Origin: Azolla caroliniana
Lineage: Eukaryota > Plantae > Polypodiophyta
NCBI GenBank assembly: GCA_043228905.1
Contig: JBHGNT010000008.1
Span: 8,618,001-8,682,000 of the forward strand
Reading direction: 5' to 3'
Length of the DNA: 64,000 nucleotides
Within the stretch, counting starts at the first letter, position 1; every line of letters starts with the position of its first letter. A program made the translations under genes and the position numbers. The notes beneath the pieces were generated by a model. The model was given only the letters and a program-made list of their open reading frames with translations. It was not told the DNA's origin and ran no database searches. This document shows positions 36,963 to 50,347 of this stretch, piece by piece.

Positions 36963-39900
36963 GTAGGTTGGGTGCAGCTCGTCTCGATGCTGGATTGCGG
37001 AGTGTATCTGACAATTTTCACATGTCATGACGAACTGGTACACATACCGATACAACCCCGGCCATCAATAATTCTCTTTTAGTTTCTTGAACGAGGCCCA
37101 CGTCCCGCGGTGTTTGGCCCAGGGACTCTCATGGTACGCCGTAAGCAACGCTACTACGGGGATTGGGACACTGCCTCGCTTCTGAGGGTGCCTCCATATA
37201 TTCCCATCTTGTAGGAAGAACCGGTAAGCTTTCTTTCGGATCCGGTTAGCCTCTTCTTTTGTCCACGCTGCGTCTGGTGTCATTGTCTTCAGGAACCTAC
37301 CAATCTGGAGCCACTCCCCGTCATACTTGTCTTCATGAAATACATTAAGCGCCAGAGTGCTCCTCTCCCTTGCTATGTATGCCGTCTTGAAGAAGTCTAC
37401 GCCGACTTCCTTGTCGTCGAATTGTGCTCTCGACAGCATGTCGGCCATGGCGTTGTCCTTCCCGAGGATGTGCCGTATCTTCGGATTTAGGGACTTGATG
37501 TACGCGATCCACCTGAGCATTGCCAGGTCCGGAGTCGCACATCTGTAGACCATACCGAGAATCGGTAGGCAATCCGTCTCGATTATTACCTCCGTCCCTA
37601 TAAGATAATCTTTGTCGGCCTTAACCGCTGAAACGATACCCCATAGTTCGCGCCTAAGTTGGGTGTATCCTCACTGTCGCTCACTGAGAACCTTCACCCC
37701 GAACCGGATCGGGAACCGCACGCCGCTCTCGTCCTCCTAATTGATCACCCATCCGATTCCGGTCGGGCTTGTGTCAACGGTTATGTAGATGGGGATCTCC
37801 TTGCCGTAAACCGCTTTCCTGAGAGCCGGTGCTGCAGAAAGCGCCTCCTTCAGTCTCCAGACTGACTCCGTATGCTCCTTGCCCCATTCAAATTTGCACC
37901 CCTTCTTCAGCAACCCGTAGAGTGGTTCCGCGACATGTGCGTAGTGCAGAATCCAGATGTGGTAGAATGCGCACGCACCCAGGAACCACCGCACCTCCAT
38001 AACCGACTTGCATTCTTCCTTCATTACGAAGATGGCTTCTATCTTTTCCGGAGACAGTTTCCGGTTGTAGGGCCCACACAGGTGACCAACCACAAGGATC
38101 TCCGATTGGCCGAACGTCGATTTCTCTCTGGAGAAGGTGAGTCGCGCGTCCTCCAGCCTTTGCAGCACCTTCTCGCAGTCATTAATGTGGTGCGCTACGA
38201 ACCTCCGGCATCCGTCTAGCCCAACCGCCTCATCCTTATCCTCCACCAGACATCCTTTGATCGGGATGTCGTCCAGCATTGGCATGGTGATGTCCGGGAT
38301 GCAGTCCCTCAGCACCTTGTTCATCGCATTCACCATGTGCGCCACCAAGTTTGTCCCTCCTTGCGGCAAGGTACACATTTGCACTAAGCCGAGAGGGGTC
38401 TGCATCGTCGTGATATCCCTGCTCTCCACGGCTAGTTGAAACTTATCATACCCCAAATACAGATCACTGACCAAATAGATTGACCTTCCGTCGAAGGCTT
38501 CCGCGAACTCGTCTATCATCGGTCCAATACTTGCATTACGAATGGTCACCCTGTTGACCGGTTGCATGTCCTGAATGAAGTGCAACGTGCCGTTCTTCTT
38601 CGGCACAGTAAACCACCGATTCGAATATGGGGCACTCGACGGTTCGAGGATGCCCATCTCCACTTTCTACATCAGTAGCTCCATCAACTTCGGGATGTGA
38701 GCTCTGGGTACCGGAATCGGCTTGAGATTCCACGACACATGCGGCACCGTGAATATCACCATCGGCTCCACGATCGTCGGGTCTACGCACCCGATCTCCT
38801 CTGGTGACAATGCAAAGGCTTTCCCGTGCCTTCCGAGCATCCTCCGAAATAGGTCCTCCTTTGTCAGCAATAGAAACCCACCCCCACCGACCTTGAGCTC
38901 CAGTAGCGTTATGTCGGTGAATCGGTGCCCTATGCCGACCGGTTGCCGTAAACTTGGGTCCGACGCGACCCCCTTTATCCGCCCTTCGCTGCCTTCCGGC
39001 AAGGGTGCCGCAACTGGCCTCACCTTCCGGTCCACAATCTTGTACCTGGTATCCACGCAGGCCGCCCGACCGGACCCGACCCTTTCCTCGAAGTCAGCGA
39101 TGACTTTGTACATCTCCACTAAACTAACCGGAACTGCCCGGTCTCCACTAAGGCCTCCTTCGACAACCTCGCGTAATTCCCCCAAGGTGTCATCGAAGGA
39201 GACCGCCTCCACGGCACTGCCAATCTCTTCGCAAGGGCTGAGCACTCCGTACGCCCTAAGTCTTTCTTTTCCCGGCCACTTATGCTAGCTATAATACAAC
39301 CTCTGTTATCGGAGAACCAAAATTTCCTATCTAAGGTACATGTGTGGGGTTCTTCCGGGGTGTCCGGACTATCGCGACCCCACGCCTTGATAGCCCTCTC
39401 TAAAAATCCCCTCGGCCCTCACCGTCAAGGGTCTCACGGATACGCTCCTGGTTCGGCCTCACCGTCAAAAATTGAACGGAGCATTGTCCGTCCTGGCTCT
39501 TCCGTAGCGCGTGTCGCCGCGCGTATGTTCCACCCATGCTTGGTGTTGATCAGCCACTTCCCCTTTTTGTAGAAGTCCATGGACATCAGGTTGATCTCTG
39601 AGCCGTGGTCTATCAATGCCACCACCGGCTCCTACACGTCCCCAACCCGAACAGGGGTCTCCGTAGTGGCTCTAGCCCAATGCGACCTCGCGTAGTAGCT
39701 GTCCGCCAACTCATCCTCTAGGGCCGTGTCTTCTAGGTGCGTCGTCCGCACCTCCACGGGCTTCTCCGACTCCGGCTCCGTCGAGAGCCACTTTCACTTC
39801 ACCAAGTCCACAATGGAGTCATGGAACTCCTTCTTGGCGATTCTGAGCACCTCCCTTAGCGACAACTCCACCTTGCTGTCAAGAATCCGCTACTCGAGGA

Positions 39901-40216
39901 CCTTCCCCAAGTCCGTTGACCTCTCAATTTCTGTGCTCAATCGGTAACCAGCCCATTTCATTTTATCCGGCACCCCGGTGTTGCTAGCATCGTTCTGCTT
40001 TGGTCCGCACCGGGTCTCATACCATTGTGAGGGACCGGCCCCTCCAGTACTTCCCGCGCGCTTGTCTTCTACTAGAACCTCGTAGTTCTGGCATGCGGCT
40101 TCCACGAAGCCAGACTTTTCTTCAACCGGATCGTCCCATCCGGTGACCTCCCGAATCCGCTGTTCCGCCTACTCCTTCTTTAGCCGTACCCCGGAGACGC
40201 CTTCCAGCACCAGCGG

Positions 40217-41353
40217 TCAAAATCCGGAGTCTTTCGCTTTCCGGCCCTTGTCACCACCAACCCGGATACCCACCGATGTGGAGTAGTGGACGGCCTCTGC
40301 ATGCCGCGTTGCGGCTTCTTTCATCAAGCGCTTCATACCGTCGCGCCTGTTGTTCAATTCTAGGGCTTTTTGCGTGTCGTCGGCATGCACCCGCCCATTC
40401 CAGAGGTACACCATGTTGGTCCGAAGTGCCTCTGCGAAATCCGTGCATTCTTTCCGAATGTGACCGACAACGTCACACCACATGCATCGCTGCCCCATCA
40501 ATGGCCTCTGGTCACGTGGTTGATCGCCGATGTCCCTCCGTTCTTGTGCGATCTGGAGGTCGCGCACCATTTGCGTCAATTCTTCCAGAGCCTCTCCTTT
40601 GGAAGAGCCTTTGACCACTCCGCTTGAGGTTGGGCCCGTCTTGAGCCAATTCCGAGTCTCTTCCTTCCCAGCCGGCACCGATACCGGCTCCTCGAGCTTC
40701 CTCGCCGGGACCGGTCCCGACGCTGACGAGCCCTCATCGCTCCACTCGCGCCGCTTGTCAAAGCAGGCGCAAACCCCTTTGACCACGTCCAAGTCGGCCG
40801 TGAGGCCTTCATTTGTCTCCAATAGGAGACCCACCTTCTCCTGATCCAACGCGTGCACCAACTTGACGAACAGCAAGACCCTGCTCGTGTCGAGCATGGT
40901 CCGATCTAGGACCGATAGCCGAGCGAACCGTTGTTTGAATTCTTGGAGGAGCACCGACGTGTTGCTTCCCTTCCCAGGGCTCACAACCCAAGCCATGAAG
41001 TCTCGCTTTGACAGCTGAAGCGAATCGTCGTACCCGTACTTCTCGAGGAGCCGCCCCTCGAGCTCCACCCAAGCCTGACATCCGACCAGCACCTCGAGCA
41101 CCTCCGCGTGGATGCTTAACGTCACCACTCGAGGGAATCCGGATAGCCCTCTGTCCTCCGGGATGTTCCTCATGATCATTTCGGCCCGATAGGCCTCCAA
41201 ATAGCTCGTGGCATTCTTCCCACCGAATTGGCCTATGGTGCCGACAATCAATTCTATGGCCCTATCAAGGGCACCCGTTCCCTCACGAGCTCTCACTAGC
41301 CGGTCGACAACTACTGCCATAGCTTTAGCAAGCTCAGATACCCTCATCTTCAA
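40217..41353 (-). pseudogene. gag: Gag of element D (ends at a premature stop)
   Basis: Directly after the PBS; knuckle CMWCDVVGHIRKEC. Confidence 0.85.
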
Positions 41354-41360
41354 CTCCTTT

Positions 41361-41620
41361 GCCGCCTTCTTTCACGTCGGGTTCACCAAATATGTCATGT
41401 TGTTACGCTCTCGCGTGTGAAAAGAGGCGGGGCCGCAGGGGCCCTGAACCAAGGAGCATGAGAAAGAAGAGGGAGAGCGATTCGCAGGAAGCCGCCTTCT
41501 TTCACATTGGGTTCACCAAATATGTCATGTTGTTACACTCTCATGTGTGAAAAGAGGCAGGGCCGCGGGGGCCCTGAACCAAGGAGCCTGAGAAAGAAGA
41601 GGGAGAGTGATTCGCAGGAA
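41361..41620. repeat. 130-bp tandem duplication spanning PBS and U5 end
   Basis: 41361-41490 vs 41491-41620, about 9 mismatches. Confidence 0.95.
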
Positions 41621-43110
41621 ACACATAGAGAGAGATGGGAACGGAAGATTCAATTACAATGTCAACAACGATTACAACTGGCAAGCCGGTAACAGACCCA
41701 AAACGGAGGTCCCACGCACACACCGAGACGACACAGAGAACGATGGTGGGGGCCTCTGTTGGAAGCACACGGGTTTACACACAGTAGAGGCAACCGACAA
41801 AGAAACATAGTGGAGAGTAATGGTTCAAGAGGAGAGAGCTCGGTTCCCAATCCGACAGCACTTCGTCCTCCCCCCAAAAACGCCATGTCCTTCCGTCTTC
41901 TCCCCTCCCTTTTATAGGTCACTCAGGACGTTGTTACATCAATCTCCTCAACTTTATTCTCTATCTCCTCGGATAGAGATTTGCATCGATTCCCTAGACA
42001 ATTAATACCCTTCCTAGTACATATGCACATGAGCTGATCTATTCCTAGCTATGTACAATTCATAAACACACACACGCGCGAAAAGGATTGGGCCATGCCT
42101 CCCCTCCCTTGATTCCTCCTAGGGGTGGTTTTCTCCACAACAATGCGTTCGGAATCGCTCCGGTTAGTGTCACGGCCGACGCAGCCAGTTCCGGAGAGAC
42201 TCGGTCTCTCGATATCCATCTCTTCTTGGTACGTGACCTCGGTGGTCCCGCCCGATCCGACACATGCACGTGGAATACCGCGACAACGTTCTTTGCAAGG
42301 TGGATGGCTCTTTGACTATCACAATAGAGTCAGAATTCCTCCTATCGGATCCCTAGCTCTCCGATGAAGTCCTTCATCTAGATTACCTCTTTGTTGGGTT
42401 CTACAACCGCCATGTATTCTGTTTCCGTTGTCGACACTGCCACAGATTTCTACAATCTTGACTACAATGATATTGCTCCCCATATATAGGTCATGATGTA
42501 TCTAGACTTGGACCAGCTAGTATCTACATCAGTCGACATGTACAAATCCGTAAAGCCTTCCAGTTGGGGTTTACATGTGTCGAATTGGAGGCACATGTTC
42601 GAGGTGCCTTTCAGATATCGGAGGATCCACTTGACGGCAGCCCAACGCTCTCTTCCCGGATTGCTCATAAACTAGCTTACCACTTTAACGGCATATCCGA
42701 TATCCGGTCGAGTACACACCATTGCGTACATCAAGCTTCCGACTACAGAGGCATATGGTACCATCATCATCTTCAACTTCTTTGCCTTCATCTTCGGGCT
42801 TTGTTTTCTAGACAGCTTGCAATTTTCCAAAAGTGCCGATCCGACTGGCTAGGCATCCGTCATGTTGAACCGTTGGAGCACCTTCGTCACATACTTCTCT
42901 TGTGACCGCCACAATAGCTTCTTCGTCCAGTCCCAGACTATGGGCATCCCCAGTATCTATCTTGTCGGACCCAAATCTTTCATTGAGAAGGTTTGGTTCA
43001 AGGCCTTCTTCAACATCCCGATTTTGATTCGGTCTAGTCCGACGATCAACATGTCGTCCACATACAATAGGAGTATGAGGAAGTTGCCTCTGTCAAAGTT
43101 CTTCACGAAC

Positions 43111-46100
43111 TGTTGAGCAGCAAGCTCAACCGGATCCGGATCGGCTGAATAAGCTTGAGCCGGATCAGCATCCACAAGGGTGAGTCGGTGAGCTGGGGAG
43201 CTGGTTAGCTGGATCAAGCAGCAACCGGAAGCCAAGTAGCAGCTAGTCTACTAGGGAGTTAATATCTCGTAGTTAGTGTCCGACGCTCGTGTGAGCATTG
43301 AAGTACACTGTACTTCTATCAGTCCGGATGGACTTGTATAAAAGTGTTCACTGAACACATACGATGTACAAACTGAGTAGTATTTTTTGAATTGAGTTTC
43401 TGTGTGCTCTCTCTCTGTCTCTGTCTCTCTTGCGTATTATTAAGCTCTCCATTAAACCTGTTTTCTGCTTTCTGTTTTCTATTGCTTCCGAACGCTATTT
43501 GTTTCCACATGTTATCAGAGCGCGAGGGTTGAGAACTTCTGCAGCCGACATTTGCTTTCGCAAGAAGAAAACCTAACCTTTGTAAAGAACAAAAAAAAAC
43601 AAATGAATAGAGGAATAGCTAGCTCGCTCCCGGTGGAGAAGCTCGATAGATCCAACTACGCATCTTGGTCATACAAGATGCACCAGTACATGCTTGGGCA
43701 TGGTTACTGGAGCTATGTCGATGGAGCTAACAACACAATACCTGATGCGGCACACAAGGACTTCCTAGTGTGGGAACAATCGGCAAGTAGAGTGATGTAC
43801 TGCTTTGCGTCCGGGTAGAAGGACATGTCGGTGGCTGTTTACACGGCCCGAATCAAAGAGATATGTGACTCGCTTACCTCTATCAACGTCACAGTAGAGG
43901 AAGACGAGATGGTATAGGTCTATCTTGGGGGCCTGGCTTCTAAGTTCCGAGCTTTCCGGACAACAATATGTAAGAGGGAGAATACGCCATCATTTTTCGA
44001 CTTATAGTCGATGCTCCTTCTAGAGGAGAACCACGCCGGTGCGTCAACAAGTGCACCCACTGACAGCCAGATGTTATACCCGGAGGCGGATTGGCCCCGT
44101 GGGCGTGGTGGACGAGGCAGGTCGGTACACAATGGAGGCGACCAACAAGGGCAAGACCGACGACACAGAGACCGTGCCGACAACAGTTCCGGGACTTCCA
44201 CAACCAGGGGGAGTCAAGGTGGCACCGGAGGCCGGCAAGACAAATCCGCCACAGAATGTTGGTACTGTGGCAAAAAGGGCCATAGAGAAAGCGAGTGCTG
44301 GAAGAATCGCGCCGATTCGGACAGATCTGGATCCAACAAAACCGGTCGGGAGAACGGGCAAAGCTCGCACTACGCGCAAGGATCAAAAGGATCCGGAACC
44401 GGGATGACCGGTAAGGGGCCAACCTTGGTGATGAAGCACGAGGCAAATTCGATAAAGAAGACCACTTCCAAATCGAAGGAAGTGTGGTACATTGATTCCG
44501 GTGCATCAAATCACATGACGAACCACAAAGAGTGGTTCTCCTTCTTGGAGAAACTGGAATAACTAGGAGTTGTCGAAACCGGAGACGACACTCCTCACCC
44601 AATCGTGCATATCGGTGAAGTCCCTTTGAGCCACGTCGGACTGAGGGGGAAGCTCATGAACGTATTACACGTTCTGACTATCACGAAGAACCTGCTGTCG
44701 GTCGAACAGATCATCCACCAGGGAATGCAGGTGCGGTTTACGCACCTCGGGTGCTTCATCGAGGAGGAGGGCCAGATTATTGCGCAAGGGCACAGAGATA
44801 GGAGGATGTTCATCCTCGACACCAATGATGTCGGCACCGCTTTGTTCGCCAAAGGACAGAAGATTGAATCGGACATCGATCTCTAGCATAAGCGGATCGA
44901 CCAAGTCAATTACCGAATGCTTCAAGACTTGCAAACGAAACAAGTTGTTTTCGGTTTGCCGAAGTTCAGTGGCCGGAAGAGCCAAGTATGTGAGGCCTGC
45001 CAACTCGGGAAGCAACACCAGCTTCCATTCCCCACCGAACAAAACCGTAGCCATAACAAGCTCGACCTTATTCATTCGGATGTATGGGGACCGGCACAGA
45101 ACATGAGTCTTGGCGGGAGTCGATACTTCGTCTCCTTCATCGACGACTATAGCCGACACACATGGATCTACCTCATTGAGCGGAAGAGCGAAGTCTTTAA
45201 CTGTCTCCAGAACCTCCAAAGCATGATGGAACGGGAATCGAAGAGGAAGATCAAGTGCCTATGGTCAGATGGCGGAAAAGAATATTTTTCCGGCCAGTTC
45301 AACAGTTATCTGCAACAAACAAGAATTCGGAGAGAGTTCAGCTGCAGATACACACCGGAGCAAAATGGTGTGGCCGAAAGGAAGAACCGGTCGCTTGTCG
45401 ACGCGGCAAGGGCAATGCTGGAAGAGAAGAGCATGCCCCATTTCTACTGGGCGGAGGCGGTTCGTACGGCCGTCTACATCCAAAACTGGATTGGTGACAA
45501 GGTATCCGCGCATGAGCTATATTTCAGGCGCAAGCCAAATTTGAGACACCTTCGGGTTTTTGGCAACATAGCATATGTGCATGTGCCAGATGAGAATGGG
45601 AGGAAGTTGGATGCAAAATCAAAGAAGTGCATCCTCGTCGGCTACTCACATGAGCAAAAGGGGTATAAGTGTTATAACCCCCGGAAGAAGTAGGTCCGAG
45701 TTAGCCGCGATGTTGAGTTTGATGAGACAGCATTATGGTATGCCTTACCGGCTCCGACTTTGAACCCCGACCCAATATCGGAGGATGAGGCTAGTGAGCC
45801 TGAACCGGTTCAGATAGAAGATGATGAATCCGGGACTCAAGAAGAGAGTCTGGAATCGTTTCGGTTGAGTGGCCGAACGAGAGACTGGGTCAATCCGACC
45901 AGTCAAAAGAGGAACCGGCGAGTAGTGAAGACTCTGTCGTGCTCTCCCCGCGTAAGGAACCAAGGAGACGATTCACGCGCAAAGAGAAAGGGCAGAAGAA
46001 GATGCCGGATTATGAAACCGGTAATGATGAGTCAGATCAGAGCGGATCCGACTCCGAAAAGGAAAATGACGGCTCTTCGGCACCGAAGACCGAACCGACC

Positions 46101-48777
46101 AAGAAGGGCCTCAAACTGGGTAACGTGGGTTACGCCGGTCAACTCGCCAAAAGGAACCTGTTAAGCGGTACGGGTACAATGAGTACATGGTGCATCACTA
46201 TGCGTACATGACCCAGGTGGTGGAAGTGCGTGAGCCGGAGAGCTACGCAGAAGCAACAAGGGATGCAAATTGGCATGCCGCTATGGAGGAAGAGATACGG
46301 GCACTTGATGCCAACGATACATGGGACCTGGTTGACCCTCCCCGTCACAGTAAACTGATCGGATGCAACTGGGTGTACAAGGTAAAGTACAACGCTGACG
46401 GTTCAGTTAACCGGTACAAGGCCCGATTAGTGGCAAAGGGATACACGCAGACCCACGGAATCGACTATGACGAGACCTTCGCTCCGGTAGCGAAGATGAC
46501 GACGGTTCGTGTAGTGCTGGCAATTGTTGCGGCAAGGGAGTGGCATCTTCACCAGATGGACGTGAAGAATGCATTTCTTCAAGATGATCTAGAAGAAGAG
46601 TTCTTTATGACCCAACCTCCCGGTTTTCAGTCGGACATGAACAAGTCGGCTGTATGCCGGCTAAAGAAGTCACTTTATGGCCTGAAGCAAGCCCCCGAGC
46701 TTGGAATGCAAAGATTACGCACCGGTTGCGTAAGTTGGGGTTTGCGGCCTCCAATTCCGACTCTTCGTTGTTCATCCCGCAAGGTCCGGACGGTCCAATT
46801 TGCATCTTGTTGTATGTTGATGATCTAGTCATCACCAGACCAGGACTCGATGAAATCAGCCGACTCAAGTCCCAGCTGTCGGACGCATTTGAGATGAAGG
46901 ACCTAGGGGACCTTCACTATTTCCTTCGAATCAAGGTGATCCGAACCCCCGACGACATATTGCTCTCACAAAGACACTATGTGTTGAATATGCTGTACAA
47001 GTTTGGCATGACGGAATGCTACCCTATTTCTACACCCTTGGACCGGAAACAGAAGCTCTGTCCCAACTCCGGACTGGCCTGCGATGAGAAACGGTTCTGA
47101 CAAATTGTCAGACGCCTTATATATTTGACCATCACCCAACTCGACATCAGCTATCTTGTCGGTATGATTAGTCAATTAATGTAGACGTTGACCGTCGATC
47201 ATCTTCAGTGCGCACATCGAATACTGCGGTATGTGAGCAGCACGAAGGACCGGGGACTGTTATACCGGCGAGGTATGACCGAAGACCTAGTCGGCTACAC
47301 GGATGCCGGCTGGGCCGGCGATGCATCAAATCACCGCTCCACTTCTGGCTATATGTTTTCCCTTGGTAGTGCAGTTGTTGCGTGGAGCAGCAAAAAGTAG
47401 TCAACAGTGGCTCTGTCAAGCACTGAGGCTGAATACCGGGGCGCTACCGTTGCCACCTGTGAAGCCATTTGGCTTCAGCGACTGCTGCAGGAACTACGGA
47501 TCGAGGTGCCAACCCCAATCCTGATCTACTGCGACAACATAAGTAGCATGCAACTCGCCAAGAACCCTGTATTCCATGCTCGCACAAAGCACATCAAAGT
47601 GCACTACCACTTTGTGTGTGAGCGTGTCCTGAGCGGTGAATTCGAACTTCGGTATGTTCATACGAATCGGCAAGTTGCCGACATCTTCACCAAACCACTC
47701 GAATCAAACAAGTTGTAGCACTTCACCGAAATGCTTGGTGTTCAGCATTACGATGTGCCACACTTGAGGGGGAGAATGGGCAAAGACACCACTGGAACGG
47801 GCAAAGGCAAAGAGACTACCGATTGCGCCGGTGGGGGAAGAACCGACAAGGGGAGAGACATGGAGAAGAAAGGAGCCAAATCGACAAAGGAAGTTGACAC
47901 ATCCGAACAAGTCGGAACAAGCGGCAGCGGAGGCAGAGCCAAGAAGGACAGAGTCGACCGGAAGAAGGCCAAGACCTGGACATGGTCCGATGTGGTGAAG
48001 GGCCTGGAACTAGAAGACAAATTGGGAGCAATTGATTCAGACAAGAGCTGGAACGAATCGGAGACAACCGATTCGGTTCTACAAAAGGAGTCGAAAGAAC
48101 CGGATCAATTCAAGGCCAAGAGGACAAGAAGGCAGCAAAAGTCGACGCCAACACGAAGGGATCGGCAAATCGGCAAAAGCCAAAGTCACAACAGCGAGGG
48201 AGCTGAATTGGGCTTGTTGAGCAGACAAGCCGACCAAGGAAGTCGAGGTGCGCAAGAACAGTCGAGGAGCGTGAGCGAGGCGGAGTGACGCCAGAAGGAG
48301 CCAGGTGGAAGGACCGGCTGCCATAGAGACTGACACTACTATCCGACCTCAAATTGAACTTGAGGGGGAGTGTTGAGCGGCAACCTCAACCAGATCCACA
48401 TCGCCTGAATAAGCCTGAGCCGGATCGACATCTAGAAGGGTGAACTGGTGAGCAAGTGAGCTGGGGAGCCGGTTAGCTAGATCAAGCAGCAACCGGAAGC
48501 CAAGTAGCATCTAGTCTACTAGGGAGTTAATATCTCGTAGTTAGTGTCAGATGCTCGTGTGAGCATTAAAGTACACCGTACTTCTGTCAATCTGGATGTA
48601 CTTGTATAAAAGTGTTCACTGAACACATACTATGTATAGATTGAGTAGTATTTTTTGAATTGAGTTTCTGTGTGCTCTCTCTCTGTCTCAGTCTCTCCCG
48701 CATACTATTAAGCTCTCCATTAAACCTGTTTTCTGCTTTCTGTTTTCTATTGCTTCCGCACACTATTTGTTTCTACA
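43111..48777 (+). mobile_element. Full-length decayed Copia B2
   Basis: LTRs 43111-43509 and 48371-48777; TSD CGAAC/CGAGC; PBS TGTTATCAGAGC; CWYCGKKGHRESEC, WYIDSGAS, SDVWGP, YVDD. Confidence 0.95.
47731..48288 (+). CDS. Charged low-complexity extension in frame with B2 RNase H
   Basis: Same frame as ORF 47407-47718; TWSDVVKGL...SETTD also present in ORF 6392-6709. Confidence 0.55.
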   Translation: MLGVQHYDVPHLRGRMGKDTTGTGKGKETTDCAGGGRTDKGRDMEKKGAKSTKEVDTSEQVGTSGSGGRAKKDRVDRKKAKTWTWSDVVKGLELEDKLGAIDSDKSWNESETTDSVLQKESKEPDQFKAKRTRRQQKSTPTRRDRQIGKSQSHNSEGAELGLLSRQADQGSRGAQEQSRSVSEAE

Positions 48778-49451
48778 CGAGCACCTAGTGATCAGCTTGC
48801 GTCTTGTGGTATCATTGGTCAGTCATGAAGGAATCAAACTTCCGGTTCCATTGTCGGGGAGCTTGCTTCAATCCGTATAAGCTCTTCTTTAGCCGACACA
48901 CCAAATTCTCCTCCCTTTCTTGACAAATGCCTCTGGATGCTGCATGTAGATCTCCTCCTCAAGGTCACCATGTAGGAATTTCGTCTTGACGTCTAGTTGC
49001 TCGACCTCATGGTTCATGCTTGCCGCTATGCTCAACACAGTCTGGATCAATGTCATCTTGACTACCGGGGCAAAGATCTCGTCAAGATCCACTCCGTTCT
49101 TCTGTTGAAACCCCTTCACCACAATCCGGGCTTTGTATCTTCATGGATTTCCGGTTTCTCCTGGTTTCAGCTTGTACACCCACTTATTCTAGAGCACTCT
49201 CTTTCCTTTCGGCAACTTCGCTAGTTCATATGTGTGATTCTCATGCAGGGAATCCATCTTATCATGCATGGCACTTAACCACTTTCGGCTATGGGTCTCT
49301 TTCTTTGCTTCTTTGAAGCTTTCCGGCTCCCCATCATCGGTCAATAAAACATGCTCGGCATCCGAAAATCTCTAGGGGGCCTTTCTCTCTCTTAGAGGAT
49401 ATCGAGCACTGGTTCTTCCATTTGTTCTTCATCTGAATCCGATTCGGGGTC

Positions 49452-49983
49452 TCAATGAGACCAACTTGACGAAAATCATCTGCATATCGTTGAAGTTGTT
49501 GTTGGATAATAAGCTTTATCTTATTTACGAACCCTCAGAAGTGCTTCCTCGTGCCATCGAACTTGTCAGGTAAACTAATCGTGGGCTCCATACTTGTATT
49601 GGGATAGGGAGGAGTTGGAGAAAGCCTAGACGAGGAACCAAGCTGTATAGGTAGAACATTTGTTGATGTAGGAGGAGAGTTGTTTTTTTCATCGAGTTCC
49701 ATCAGTGTCCCAACATGAAGCTTCCGTAACGATTACCGAAGGTTATGATTCTCAAGTTGAAGTTGATGCATGGCTTCCATGAGCTGATTTATTCTCTCGG
49801 TAAGATCTGACATGTTGGGGCTTAGAAAATGGGAAGGTGAACAAACTATCACGTAAGGGTGGAATGAGGCTAAGTACTAAGAGAGAGTGAGAGCATAAGC
49901 AAGATCACAAGATTGTCACGGACAAGTAGACGAAGCTCAATATTAAGAGATAACGGGAGAGAGAGCATAGGCAAGAGAACAAG

Positions 49984-50033
<50 letters not shown>

Positions 50034-50347
50034 AATAGACAAATGAACAAGAACTGAATTATGCTTTTGTAACTGGAGTTGTTCACCTTGATTGTAATCA
50101 AGGTGCACCCTAGTATTTATACAAGAATGTGGAGGTATGCATGAAAGCTAGAAGACTTCTAGAGAGTGCATGGAAACTTCTAGAGAGTGCATGAAGATGC
50201 ACTCTCTAGAAGGTTCTTGAAAGTTCTAGTGATCAATCTATAATGAAATAAGTTGAATTTCTTAAACAATACAATAATGTATAAGGTTTCCCAATAAGAC
50301 CAGAAGATCATGGGTTCAATCCCCACTATTCCATGTGGCATCCTATA
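49452..50347 (-). mobile_element. 5' fragment of a second Tcn1-like element: 5' LTR ~49914-50347, gag start 49813
   Basis: Minus strand translates EPTISLPDKFDGTR...RQVGLI, like the gag at ~16220; LTR end CCGTGACA; TATAAATA near 50118; CT repeat in LTR. Confidence 0.75.

Larger units (their letters stand above)
30165..42142 (-). mobile_element. GC-rich non-chromovirus Gypsy D: truncated 3' LTR to 30529, 5' LTR 41393-42142
   Basis: ~30165-30529 matches ~41780-42142; PPT GGGGGTGGA; protease ALIDHGSE, RT MLDD, RNase H VDTSPTG, integrase ADRGELD; PBS TGGTGAACCCGACGTGAA at 41371-41388. Confidence 0.92.
12000..42285 (+). mobile_element. Non-chromovirus Gypsy C1 (Phygy-like, tentative): 5' LTR 12000-12936, 3' LTR remnant 42143-42285
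   Basis: ~12795-12936 matches 42143-42285 ending GGAATACCGCGACA; flanks GCGT/ACGT; gag remnant from ~13040. Confidence 0.82.
11285..49451 (-). mobile_element. Host Copia (family A) split into 11285-11999, 42286-43110 and 48778-49451; 3' LTR 11285-11786
   Basis: RNase H rejoins across 11999/42290 (AGGTTGCGT|TCTTTGCAAGG); RT rejoins across 43110/48783; PPT after 11786. Confidence 0.8.

Noticed and set aside
31775-48352. Many short overlapping ORFs in GC-rich elements
   Set aside because: Antisense or alternative-frame shadows of gag-pol or LTR sequence with no independent motifs
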